Positions 35,693 through 47,288 of a DNA stretch of 64,000 nt are shown here, piece after piece. Below the pieces are notes generated by a model. The model did not search any database. It had not been told where the DNA came from and saw only the letters and a list, made by a program, of their open reading frames with translations. Position numbers and translations under genes: made by a program. This DNA is from Cladosporium halotolerans (lineage: Eukaryota), in NCBI RefSeq assembly GCF_011745625.1, contig NW_027191506.1:1-64000 (forward strand), given 5' to 3'. Each line of letters opens with the position of its first letter. Position 1 is the stretch's first letter.

Positions 35693-38600
35693 GCACGTTC
35701 ATAATGCCGCGTTGTCCTCAGCCGCTTCTAGCCTTCGCAAGTCGACCTGACAGGAAAGACCCGACCGTGCGATCCGTACAAAGGGCCAAAGAGTCTTGTA
35801 ACGTATTTCGGAATGGCGCTTCGATTCGTCTCGTATTTTAGCAGGGTCGTCGCGCCCGACGAGTATCACTTCAGCCCGGCAGCGGATAACGATGGCGAGA
35901 CGATGAGACCGGAGGATATCATCCAGGCGACAGAAGAGCAGCTCGTGGTATGGAAAGAGATACACGAGATGGCAAAGCAGATGCGTATGAATGAGCAAAC
36001 AGGCACCGACGATGACGATGAAGAAGGCTACAATAGCGATTTAAAAAACCGCCTTCTACAATTATGGATGCTTATCATCTGCCACGCGACCGGTGCTCGC
36101 CGCTACGAATCGCCGCTGCTGAGTTTCTGCGCCATGCTGAGCATAAAGCCGTCCACAAAAAGTTGGATGGAGCCTGGGAACTTCAACAGCAATCTTTCGG
36201 CTATCATTTGGATTGTACAACTTCTAGTGTTTTACGACAGCGCCCTGAAAGAACAGCAGGGTTCAGGGAAGACGCTCAAGCTGGTGAAAGCCTACTGCGA
36301 CCAGTATGTCCAGCAGACCGTCGAGACGCCGATGGGAGAAATCCTTAGATGGCGTCTGTTGTTGTTCAAAGTGTCGGGTGCAAGCGTCGGAACTCATGAA
36401 GCGTCCTGGGATGAGCACGAAGAGGTACTGACCTATGAGGACACCGAACTCCGGATGGATCAAATCCCAACTCTACTTACATCCGAGTATCAGGAGTGTT
36501 ATCAGCTCCTTTACGATGATCTGATGCTCGGTCTCCAAAGCCTCCGTCGAATGAGCCCTCGTCTCCTCAAAGATGGCGTCAACGTCGACACCGTCCGTTG
36601 AAACTTCACCCAGCACAGAGACAACGCGACGGTTCTTAGTGGCACAGAAACCGCTTTGACGAAAGCAATTGAACGATCGGAACAACTGTGTCGGATTTTC
36701 ATCGTCGAGAGCGATCAGTCGCCCGGCGGATGGGCGTGGAGGGAGAGCGCAACGGCCAGTTACGAGGCCACCGTGCAAGAGTTTCTGAAGCGGCTCAGTG
36801 TCTTGATACACATCAGCGGCGGACAACCCGTGCGAGAGAGTGAGTTCTTTTCGATGACATACCGCAACACGCAGCGACGGCGGTCCATCATCGTTCGATT
36901 CGACCGTGTGATGGTTCACGTCCAATACCACAAAGGCCAGCAGCAAACCGGAACGTACAAAGAGAACGTGCGGTTTCTCGCCAATCCGATCGCGGAACTA
37001 ATGCTCGACTACATGGTCTACGTTCTGCCGCTGCGAGAGAGATTCCTGCGGCAGACTTCGCCTGGGTCCTTACTCTCTCCCTATCTCTGGGAAAAGGATG
37101 GAAAAGTGTGGCCCGAGGGTCATCTGAGTCGCTATCTAGAAGAGGCAAGCGTTCGGGCGTGCGTGCCACGACTTCACGTCGCAAACTGGAGGCAGATTTC
37201 GGTCGCCATCGTCAAAACGAAGTTCGCCGGCCACATCGAGTAATTCGATCCAGACGAAGGCGACGAAGACGGGGAAGAGACTGCTCCAATCATCCGAATC
37301 ATGACCGACCAGCGCAACCACAAGACGCGGACGGTGAACCGCGCGTATGCTAACCAAGCCGGAGCAGTGTTCAGCAACCTCTGGGATGGAAAGGTGCGGA
37401 TGGGCCTGCAGGCTTCCACTCTATGGCAGGACTTTTGGGGCGTGGAGGCGATCCTCAAGAGGAAGAAACGTGGGCGAGTCGGGCAAGAGTCTCGCTTGGC
37501 GAAACGGGTCGCCAAGGGCATCTATCGTCCTCGCAAGCCTTGGTCCACAGAAGCTCTCCTGGGAGGCGTGAAGAAACTATACGGCAACAAGGACGCAGGC
37601 TGGAAATCGACCGAGCAGGCGCAAGCTCTCACTGCAATCATGTCGTGGAATGAGCAGGTCGTCGTCATCCTACCCACGGGAGCTGGGAAGAGCTTGCTTT
37701 TCATGCTCCCGTGTACCCTGGCTAACGCTGGGATAACGATACTCATCGTACCGCTCGTCTCACTCCACGGAGATATGCTTCGGCGTATAAAAGAGTTGAG
37801 CATCGACCATCTGGAGTGGCATCCAGGCGAGACTCGAGAAGCCGCCTTGGTACTGGTCAGCGCCGAAGCCGCCTCGTCCAAGGATTTTATCAAATATGCT
37901 CGGAGGCTTATAGCAGAGCAGAAGCTCGATCGGATCGTGGTCGACGAGTGCCACCTAACCGTAATTGCGGCCGAGTACCGACCCAGCATCGTCGAGCTCA
38001 CAGCAATCCGGAGCCTGAGAACTCAATTTGTCTACCTCACAGCCACTCTTCCGCCATCTATGCGGGCAGAGTTCGAGGAGAGGAATTATCTGCATCACCC
38101 CACGGTAATCAGAGCGTCGAGCAATCGACCGAATATTCTCTACGTGGTGCGTAAGGCTGGTGCCCACAAAGGGAGCCTACTCGAACAGGCTAGTGTCGAG
38201 GTCGAAGATGCTTGGACGAAGTCTGCCTTGTTCGATCACTCTCGCGATAAAATCATCCTCTACGTTCGGACGTGCAAGGATGCGGACGACTTGGCAGAGC
38301 TGCTCGGTTGCAGCTCGTATACTGCCGAGAGTGGGACGCCAGCGGAGAAGAAGCAGATACTCGATCGCTGGATACAAGCTCCCGAGACGCCCTACATCGT
38401 GGCGACGACTGCTCTAGCCGAAGGGTTCGACTATCCGCACGTGCGACTCGTCATGAACGTAGACGAGCCGGAGTCGTTGGTCATCTTTGCCCAAGAGTCT
38501 GGTCGGGCGGGACGGGACGGGAAACGTGCATATTCGATGGTATTACTTCCCGCAACCTGGCAGCCTCAGGTCTCAGATGTTCCGTTGGACGAGCCGCACG

Positions 38601-39226
38601 GGACGAACAACTACAGAGATGACCCAACACTTCGGAAGCGTCACGACAAGGAAGCAGCGCATCGCTACCTACTGGGCAAGCAATGCTACCGGACGTCCCT
38701 GAGTGACTACTTGGACGTCGCTCGCCATCGAAGATGGTGCATGCCCGAAGATGTGCCTTGCGACATTTGCAAGGTGGCCCATCTGGACATGATCGAACCC
38801 GTGGAGAAGGTCGAGGAGGACGACACACACACAGGGCTTCAGCTCATCCAGCAAGAAAAGCTCCGGACCCACACAGAACTAGCACAGTATCGTCTGGACC
38901 TAGCGAGCTTGAAGGGAACGTGCTTGCTCTGCAGGACAGCCAGACAGGAATGAAACCATGATTTCTCGACTTGCCCACGGCGTTTTGACATCTTTGAAGA
39001 AAGGAACAAAGCCAGGCGACAGTTCGAAGAACGAGGGCAGAAATGGCTGCAGGCATACACAAGCTGCTTCTGGTGTCTGAATCCGCAATCGATCTGTCAA
39101 CAAGCGGAGCTGGGTAGCAAGGGTGGCAGAGGTTGCGAATACAAAGACATTGTACTCCCGCTCTGCTTCGGAGTTTTCGAGAGCGTTGAAGGGCTAGGGT
39201 GGCTTTACGAGCAGTTCGAGCGGGAG
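35693..39226 (+). pseudogene. 5'-truncated YR-like domain fused to a RecQ-type SF2 helicase and a Cys-rich C-terminus (telomere-linked-helicase-like, copy B)
   Basis: ORFs 35813, 36656 and 37301 share one frame broken only by point stops. YR motifs are GGQPVRESEF, YHKGQ, NWRQ and QRNH...RAYAN. Helicase motifs are LPTGAGKS, VVDECH, YLTAT, ATTALAEGFD and QESGRAGRDG. Cys clusters are CYR...CMPEDVPCDIC, CLLC and CFWCLNPQSIC. Confidence 0.88.
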
Positions 39227-39235
39227 CAGAGAGGT

Positions 39236-40609
39236 TGTGACGAGACGCGTCACGTACGGGTGCAAGCGCTAGTGTGACGATTGAGAGAGCGAATGGTGGG
39301 GTCGGCGAGTAAGCAGGTGGTTAGTGCAAAGACAGGCGGACGTGACGGAGAGCTGTGGGATGTATGGTTTCAACCTCGGTGCAGGAAGGTTGAGGGAAAA
39401 GAGCTGGATAAGGATGGAGGGAAAATGTATTAGAGTTGTAAATGTACTAGTCGAGTCTCTCTAGCGTGAAGTCAAGATTTTGGATTGAGGTAGTCTCAGA
39501 ACGCAACCGGTATACGATAAAATAAACGAGAGTGAGAGCTAAAAGAAAAAGTAGGAATAGACAAGCGGGGTGGAGGAAGCAAAGGTCCGAAGTTTGGGTG
39601 TAGAGGGAGTTGAGGGTGCACCAGAGCAGGGCTGAGGGTACGACGAGCGAGAGGTGGTAAGAGTGTGGAGTTGTGGATATGTCCGTAGGTGCGGCTCGTC
39701 GAGGGCGATAGGCTGGCTGGAGGGCTCCCGGCGGGTTGGTGTGCGTTAGCGCGGCTGCAGGAGCGTGCGCGGCTTGCTCGAAAGTCCGGGAGGGCGGACT
39801 GGAGTGGAGAAGGCATAGGATGCGTGAAGACGGAACAAATCGGCAAGAGGTTGACAAGTGGATGTTTTCGGGTGCAGCCGTTAGCGACAGGTGCGAGGGA
39901 GCGAAAGGGAGCAGAGGTGGTGGAGACGAGGGGTGCGGGGGATTGAGATTAGCAGGCAGATGTAGGGGAGGGTGGAGACTGCGAGCCAAGGCAGGCGGAT
40001 GATTGAGACGATTAGTATGCATTAGGGCGGAGAGAAAGGGGAAACAGCTGCAGGGCGGCTGAGCGGCTACGGGCTTGAGAGGCTGTGAAGCTGCAAGGAG
40101 AGCCGGGGGCTCGGGATAGGGAAGATGGTGGGACACCGAATGGTCGGGATGCCGGCGAACGGGGGCACTGAGAGTTGCATCGAGTGGAGCGGGGGCGAGG
40201 AACGGTAGGACAGGAATCAGGCGAGAGGAGGGTCTGATCAGTGCGAGAGGAGGAGGATAGTAATAGGAAGGGTAAGTTAGGATTGGAAGCAACCTTTAGG
40301 GGTGAGTACGGGAATGATAGAAGGCGGCAAAGGGCAGATTAGTGAGGGAGTCGCTTGAGATGGCAAGAATGGAAAGAGTGGCAGATCAGTGATCGATGAG
40401 GCAAGAGAGAGCAGAAACGCATAAACAGAGAAGAAGAGGTCGGAAAGGCGGAGACGAGGCAAAGATAAGAGAAGCATAGAGTTTTGGGTGACTGGTAAAA
40501 GAGGTAGGGCTGCGCCAGCATATAGAGAGGGGGTGGTATTGAGTCGGCAGGTTTGCAGTGTATTGGTAAAGAACTATTTGAAGACGCCATTGTGGCAGAG
40601 AATGTCACA
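39236..40609. mobile_element. ~1.37-kb noncoding segment with TGTGAC...GTCACA ends, possibly a solo LTR
   Basis: 8-bp inverted ends GTTGTGAC/GTCACAAC and a strong purine skew. It starts where the helicase gene is cut off. No TSD was seen. Confidence 0.4.
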
Positions 40610-40927
40610 ACATGGACGAGACCGGAGTCATGCTCTGCATGCTCGGGTCAGTCAAAGCTCTGATGAGAAGGGACGACCGATCAAATGATCAAGGTGCACG
40701 AGGAGGGCGGGGCATGGTCACGGCGACTCGTGCCGATGGTAGATTTTGAGCTCTTTGATCATTTGGCCCACGGCCACGCATAGAAGCAACTGGAAGACGC
40801 ACCCACACCAGCATGGTTCCATGCGTGTTCGAAGCCCTAACAACGGCTCAAAAATGAGCCTGAGAAGAGGTGACCGCAGACTAAGAACGGGCACAGGGTA
40901 CGCAAACAATACCAGTCCCTTGATAAG

Positions 40928-41515
40928 TCAATTGTGATGCGCATCCTCTGTAGTGGTATGTCCGCCTTCAAATCTGGTTTCTTGTCCAGCCTTCACTTCG
41001 TACACAAGATGATCCGCTTGGGCTCCAAGGCGGAGTTTGGCCAGTATCCACGTAGCTTGTTGATCGGAACCATTCCGAAGGAAATTCACAAGATCCCTCA
41101 AAGTTGCCAAATGCTCTTTTGCTCGCGCTAGTTCCTCTTCGAGCCCGATTTGACGCTGAGCTGAGGCTAGCATCTTTTCTTTCATTTCTGCATGTCGGGT
41201 GAAACCCTCCCTGACGTCCCACTCACAAGGGAGATTCCGGCGGCAACAAGAAGCACAAGTCGGCCTCTCCCCCGAACACTTCAGCTTTATCTTCCGACAA
41301 TTGGAGCAAGCCGCCCAGATTGGATTAGATCTCCTACGCGGAGGTTTTGGCCGAGGGGTCGATTCCGCTTCAGAGTCTGCTCCACTTGCCGGGCTTTTCG
41401 AGAGCGAAGAACCGCGCATCCCATTGGCGTTATGTGTACTGCCACTGCCATCTCCGGCATTATGAGGCTGCTCTTGCCTAGGCTGCATAGACCGGCGATC
41501 GGATGGTTTCCCCAT
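40928..41515 (-). CDS. Small Zn(II)2Cys6 transcription factor (195 aa, no middle homology region)
   Basis: ACSNCRKIKLKCSGERPTCASCCRRNLPC, followed by a coiled coil and LRDLVNFLRNGSDQQATWILAKLRLG. Confidence 0.88.
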   Translation of the reverse strand: MGKPSDRRSMQPRQEQPHNAGDGSGSTHNANGMRGSSLSKSPASGADSEAESTPRPKPPRRRSNPIWAACSNCRKIKLKCSGERPTCASCCRRNLPCEWDVREGFTRHAEMKEKMLASAQRQIGLEEELARAKEHLATLRDLVNFLRNGSDQQATWILAKLRLGAQADHLVYEVKAGQETRFEGGHTTTEDAHHN

Positions 41516-43185
41516 GTCTTCGAAAGCGGGAGTTTGGGTACGGAGTTATTTATGACTGTACCGAAGTGAGAACATAGTAATGAACAAAAAAAAAGAAAAA
41601 AAAAAATCCCTCAAAGGCTGAGGGAAGAAGAAGACTTCACGAGCACCGAGCATATGCGTACAATCCTGTAACACGACTAGAGCGCTGCTGCAAGCCACAA
41701 ATTGGCTCGCTAGTTGACCTGCGAAAATGTTGCCCAAATGCCGCGGCTTGCATGAGGAAGCAGGCCTAGAATTGGACATTATCTTGGGTCCGAATTAACC
41801 GTTGGCGAGACAGCCGCCGCTATACCGTTTCGTAGCTGCCCGCTGCAGGTGCTTAAGCGCTTAACCGTTCAAGCGTCAAGCCCCTGACTGCTCTCTTCAT
41901 CGACGTGATAGTCAGCGCCAGCCATCTTCACGCTCAGGACGGTTTCACACGATGTCCAGCAACCCCACACCTGCAAATAGCCCAAAAGCTGTCACCAGAG
42001 ACGATCGAATCATACTCAGCGCAACCTCCGGCGACCTTGGACAAAATGACGAGCATAACAGATTTCGACCCTCTAGAGATATTGCTAGAAGGACGAAAGA
42101 CTTTCCTCTTGTCTAGGAGTCTGCACAGGACACTCACACTCCAGATGGGCAGAGTCCGAAGTATTGCCCATGCCAGCACTTGGAGCGTAGGGAACGGCGT
42201 CACCGTCACTGAGGAGGGAAGAATTGGTGATACGTTGAACCAGCAATGCTTCCGGGATTGGCTTTTGATTTGCCAAGGATATTATAGACAGTCAATCAGA
42301 GCATACCGCAAGAGTGACCAGCGGCTAGTGACCGTTGAAGTGGATCCTACATTGGCCAAATGTAGAGGATACCTTACGAGCTTTCGAACAGTATCCTGGA
42401 TACGATATTCCCGCTTCATCATCGTCCCTTCTGCCCGACATCCTAACAGCGGGACATGCAGAGTATAGAGCGGCTCCACGACCTTGGTGCGGTGTTGAAG
42501 TCACCTTCAAGCAGTCCGCTAAATATGATGAAAGAAGTCTAAGATCCTGAGGCGGGAGCCGACGGGAGCGCAAGTAGGGGCTACAGAGGCCGTGCCTCGT
42601 TCGCATAAGGCGTCCTCGCATAGCAAACGCAGATGAATGCTCTCGCGGTCGACACATCCGGGACATAACGTCGGCGTGTAACTGGTTCTCAGTCCTCATG
42701 GGCCGCGGGATAGCGCTGGTATGCGTTAATATGAGTTTACTTTTCGAAAGGCGAGTTTTAGAACCCACGGTAAGTCGGTATGCCGCAGAGTAAGCGAGCA
42801 CCTTGGCAGCCCGAAATGACGGAGCAGGCGGTAGCTTTAGAAGTATCCATAAATGTTCCTATAGCCGCAGCTACTGCTCCGTCGTAAAGCTACCGCGACG
42901 CCATCGAATCCTGTATATTAGATATATGCTTCCTATATCATTCAGGCTCTAGGATATCTCATATTCTTGGCCCATTTACCGTATAATCTATTCGTCCACG
43001 GCGACTTGGTCATCCGCTTTAGTGGTACTCCTAAAGCTTAAACTGTAATCGGGGCTATTGATACCCATTGATATCGACACTGATTCTGGTTCCATAGATG
43101 ACATACCAGGCGTATAGAACGCCTGTGTAGGTGCATGGAAACCAAGAGTCTGTGGACGAGGGCTCGTCGAGGGTTTCTGAGTGCT

Positions 43186-43792
43186 CTATGGTACCAAAGG
43201 CACTCCAACATGGTCTTGCACAGGCATGCATGTAACGTTACCTGTAAGTGAGGAAATGTCTTGAGGAAATCCACGGTGAGCTTCGTTTTCGTCGAGTGGA
43301 TATTCCCAGAGATATCTCTCTTTTGAGACAGAGCTCATCCTGAAAGCGAAATCGTTTCGTAACAGAATTCCATCGTAGTTACCGCCTCGTAGACGATTAA
43401 GTAAGACCACCGAATTTTCAAAGTCAAGACGACGCAAGCTTGATATCAAAGACGTGTAAATTAGGAATTGGCGCTGAAGACTTTGTTGATTCTCGAACAT
43501 GACTTGAGTTCTGTCCGGGTGGGAGCTGATATTCACACGTAAGTTTACTCTCCAGACACAGCTCGCAAACTGGACGGGCTGCGTCGCACTGTTATTATAT
43601 CAGCAGTGTGGTGTAGCAGCATCAGGAATGCTGCAAAAATCATGCCTTGACATTCCTCCTTCGGCAGTGCAAGCAAGCTTGTTCCACTTGCCCGCGCCTT
43701 TTCGTCCTGACAGCATCTCCACTTTTGACCAACCTTAACGAAGTGTCGCCAATCTCGCTGGTCTTGGAACCATCTAAGCCACCGTTCATCAT
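43186..43792 (-). pseudogene. Small Zn(II)2Cys6 gene with a frameshift after the finger
   Basis: MMNGG...KRRGQVEQACLHCRRRNVK, an intron with a GC donor, then CDAARPVCELCLESKLTCEY. The downstream motif YTSLISSLRRLDFENSVVLLNRLRGG is in another frame (ORF 43186-43536). Confidence 0.7.
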
Positions 43793-44956
43793 GTTCAACA
43801 TTTAATCTTGAGTGTTTGAGAAGGAGTGACTGATGACACCAGGACTTGAACCGAGTGGTGATAGACACGGGGCTGAGCTGCTCCACACCGTACGTTGGGT
43901 AGGCCACTCTGATTTGAGCCCTGCAGTGCGCTTGCATGGTTTAAGTGTGTATTCCGAGGCAAAGGGGTGCCCCGCCCGCCGGCTAATGATCGTCGTCAAT
44001 GGCAACAGACGCCGCGTAAGCCGCTGATGTCTGTGGCTTACCGGGATGGCGGCCCGCCCGTTCGGTCCCGTACGGCAGCTCTCGCCGGCCAGCAGTGGAA
44101 GGTGTCCCAGCAAATCAGCGCCGGATAGAGCATTCTTGGCATAATGCACGACCGAGCAGGTTTACAAGCGAGAGCCCGCTTTCCAAACGTGACTCGAAGG
44201 CCTTGAATCACAGCCCAATCAGAAGAATAAGCAAGTGGCGATAGCCAGCCGCCGTCTTTCTTACCTTCTGCGCTAAACGGAAGGGGCCGGTCATCTGTCG
44301 TTATCAGGCTCTGTAATTGGTAATCTGCTGTGAAAGGTACATACAGTATTATGTCATCCCTGGATCAAGCTCAGACAATCGTTGTTGCTGCCTCGCACAT
44401 CTCAAGACGGCAGCTGAGGGGATAACCATTTTGTCGCTTGCGGGGCCACTCGCAGTCCACAGTGCATAAGCGCGCCAGGCCGGACGGCACCCTGCATGAG
44501 ACACAAAAGAAGACCCGTGCGAGTTAGATCGTGGGCCCTATGCCGACCGCTTCCGGCACATTTAACCGTGACGCCGATGGGGCATAGTCTGTCAACGCTA
44601 ACCTCAAGTCTGTGGTCGATCGATCGATTGATCCTGAGTGGCAACGACGTGCAGCCCATATTCATGGCTTTCAACGCATAGCGTTATGAGTCCTGTGCAG
44701 TCTTGTCGGACGAGGGAAACTTGACATTCTGATCTTACGATTGCGGCCTTACTCGGTCCGGTCATCCTCAGGTAAAAAAAGCAACATGATCATATGTGGC
44801 AACCTCGGTCTGCATGGGTAGGCTATATCATCTTGCTTCTGTTCCTTCCACAGTCTTACAAGCTCCAAATGAAGAAACCGTATGTGTGGGCTTTAAGCAT
44901 GCGGCATCCAACATACCGGGATTACAAGCACAGTTGAATACGAAAGATGCCTGAAG

Positions 44957-47288
44957 ATGCCTAAACGAAAGCGTATCGCCCTCGTCGCCTGCGAAGCCTG
45001 TAGGACTCGCAAAAGCAAGGTAAGCCTGCCCACAAATTCTCTGCGGTATGTGTGCGAGGAAGCTCACAATATACAGTGCGACGGCACAACGCCTGTATGC
45101 GGCCCGTGTCAAACCAAACGCACGCCGTGTGCGTATCCGTCTGACCCCAACATTTCAAGATTTGCTGCTCTCAAATCGGATTACGAGCGCGTTAAGACGA
45201 GGCTCGAAGATCTGACGACACTACGAACGACTCAAGCACGGCAGTGCTTCGGAATCGTCTAGACTCCTAGAACTGATCAGAACAGAACGTGGGATACCGG
45301 ATACGTCAAAGGACACGCGCACGCCTCATCGAGCCGCGGATGATGTCCAGATCAGAGACCATGAGACTGAGCCAGAAGGCGAACACAGGGAACCTCAAAC
45401 TGGCTCTTATGCTTCGTTAAGGAGAGAGACTATATCGCATCTCGAACACACTCCGGAAATCAGCACCATACCAAACCGCGTAGGGGCAGTCGATCCAAGC
45501 TCGCCCAGCGATGCAGAGGTACAAGTCTTGCAGCTTCCGAGACTCGGACGTGTCCAGACAAGGTATCAACAAGATTTCCGTTCACACATTAGTGTTTCGC
45601 ATAAGGTTCTGCTCTGGCCTGAATTTGTTCGCCACTTGAAGGAATCAGGAGCAGCAACGACCGCAGCAGTAGCCGGATCTGACTTGGAATGCATCATGCG
45701 AATGGGTTCCCCATGGCTGCTGCATAGGAAGACACCGAATGACCGTAGCAAGTTACCATGCCATAACGGCCTCACACGCTCGTATTTAAGCACCGGACGC
45801 GTTGCCTTCCCAGACCTCCCGATCCAACAAATTTACCAATACTCTGCCGCATATTTCAACACTTTCAATGTGCTTTTCCCTCTACTCGACATGGACCTCT
45901 TTGTGGACAGGGTTGTGGCAAGGCTGCTCCGAGAAGGATACGGAGACGACGACCCCGAAAGCGTGGTTGCCCTACTTGTCTTTGCTCTCGGTCAACTGGC
46001 CATTGAGGGTGTCACCGGACAACCTACCAGCGTAAGCAATGTTGACTCTAGCGGTTTCCGTGGTGGCACGATCGAGAAGCCTCCAGGGCTTGGTCTGTTC
46101 AACGAAGCGCAGCGGCGGATAGGTATTGCAAACACGCAGCCTTGTCTCGAGAATGTGCAAGCAATGCTGCTGCGGGCGACATACTTCGAAGCCAGCGCGC
46201 GACATCTCAGCTTCTGGAGCTCGACTAGTGCGGCATCGCTGGCATGCACGTGCCTTATCAGAGGCCAACAGATCGATTGGACTTCTGCGTATGGTGACTT
46301 GGTCAAACGTGCGTACTGGGTCTGCGTTCTTCACGAAAGGTTATTTGATCTCGAGTTTCGAGTGGTTTCTACCGGCATCGAAAGCTTGGAAGACGTAGTT
46401 CCCTTGCCCCATTTCCACGATATGGTACAAGGCGAAGAACAGTCGGGCGTGCCAATGGCGGACAATCCTGGGATGCTTGCCGGTGATGGAAAGAGTGACT
46501 CTCCGTTTCACTTCACTGCGATGATCACACTAAGCCGCCTGATGAGAAGGGCAGATGAGATCATCCATGGGTATGAACCCAAATTGGGTGAAACTGAGCT
46601 GCTGTGGCAAGGATCAAGCATACAATATTATAGTGATGCATCTGCAAGTCACTCAACCCAGCAATGCCATAGCGGACCCCTGCCAAAACTCGTTGAAGAG
46701 TTATCCCACCAGCTTGATTGCTGGCGTGATGCACTACCGGAACCGCTCCAATGGGATGACAGCGACAGATTTGACTTCAAAACATTTGAGCCGCTTCCTA
46801 AAGCTCCGCGTAACAATTCTTTCAGTCCACTCCGGAACCTGGGGCCTGGCGAACTTGACCACAACGTGGATGTCGCAGTGGCGCAGCTTCGTACTCGCTT
46901 CTATCACGCTCGATTCTTGGTTTTCCGCCCTTTCATTCACAAAGTTATACATTCATCGGATCTCATGGACAGAGACGACCGCGTGAAATGCGCTTTTGCC
47001 ATCGATGCCGCTTGTCTCTGGCCGCTCTCTCTTGCACCGCCCAAAAACAAGAAACACCTCGTTCCGCACCTGTTCTCTTGGACGCAAAATTTTGTGGCAA
47101 TGATATTGATTCTACGGGTGTGTTGCAGATCTGAATATTTGCGCGACATTTGTGAGGAATTCTGCATAGCGAGAGACTCTATCGAGCGCACTATCCATTC
47201 CATGGAAGAGTGGCTCGAGGACGTGAGGCAAGTAGATGGGGTTGCAGATTGGAGTATGAGATTTCTAGGGCTGGCGTTGCGCAACTAG
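44957..47288 (+). pseudogene. Zn(II)2Cys6 factor with a fungal-specific TF domain and one apparent frameshift near 45222
   Basis: ACEACRTRKSK, intron 45020-45076, then CDGTTPVCGPCQTKRTPC. This frame stops at 45262, but the shifted frame YERLKHGSASESSRLLELIR runs open into ORF 45528-47288 (YFNTFNVLFPLLD, KRAYWVC, LDCWRDALP). Confidence 0.78.

Noticed and set aside
32722..39226. Interpretation as a Starship captain (DUF3435)
   Set aside because: The motifs and the DUF3505/RecQ context differ from my recollection of captains. A DUF3435 HMM search would settle it.
39447..40292. 281-aa Pro/Leu/Ser-rich ORF
   Set aside because: It has no recognisable domain and is explained by the pyrimidine skew of the putative LTR-like segment.
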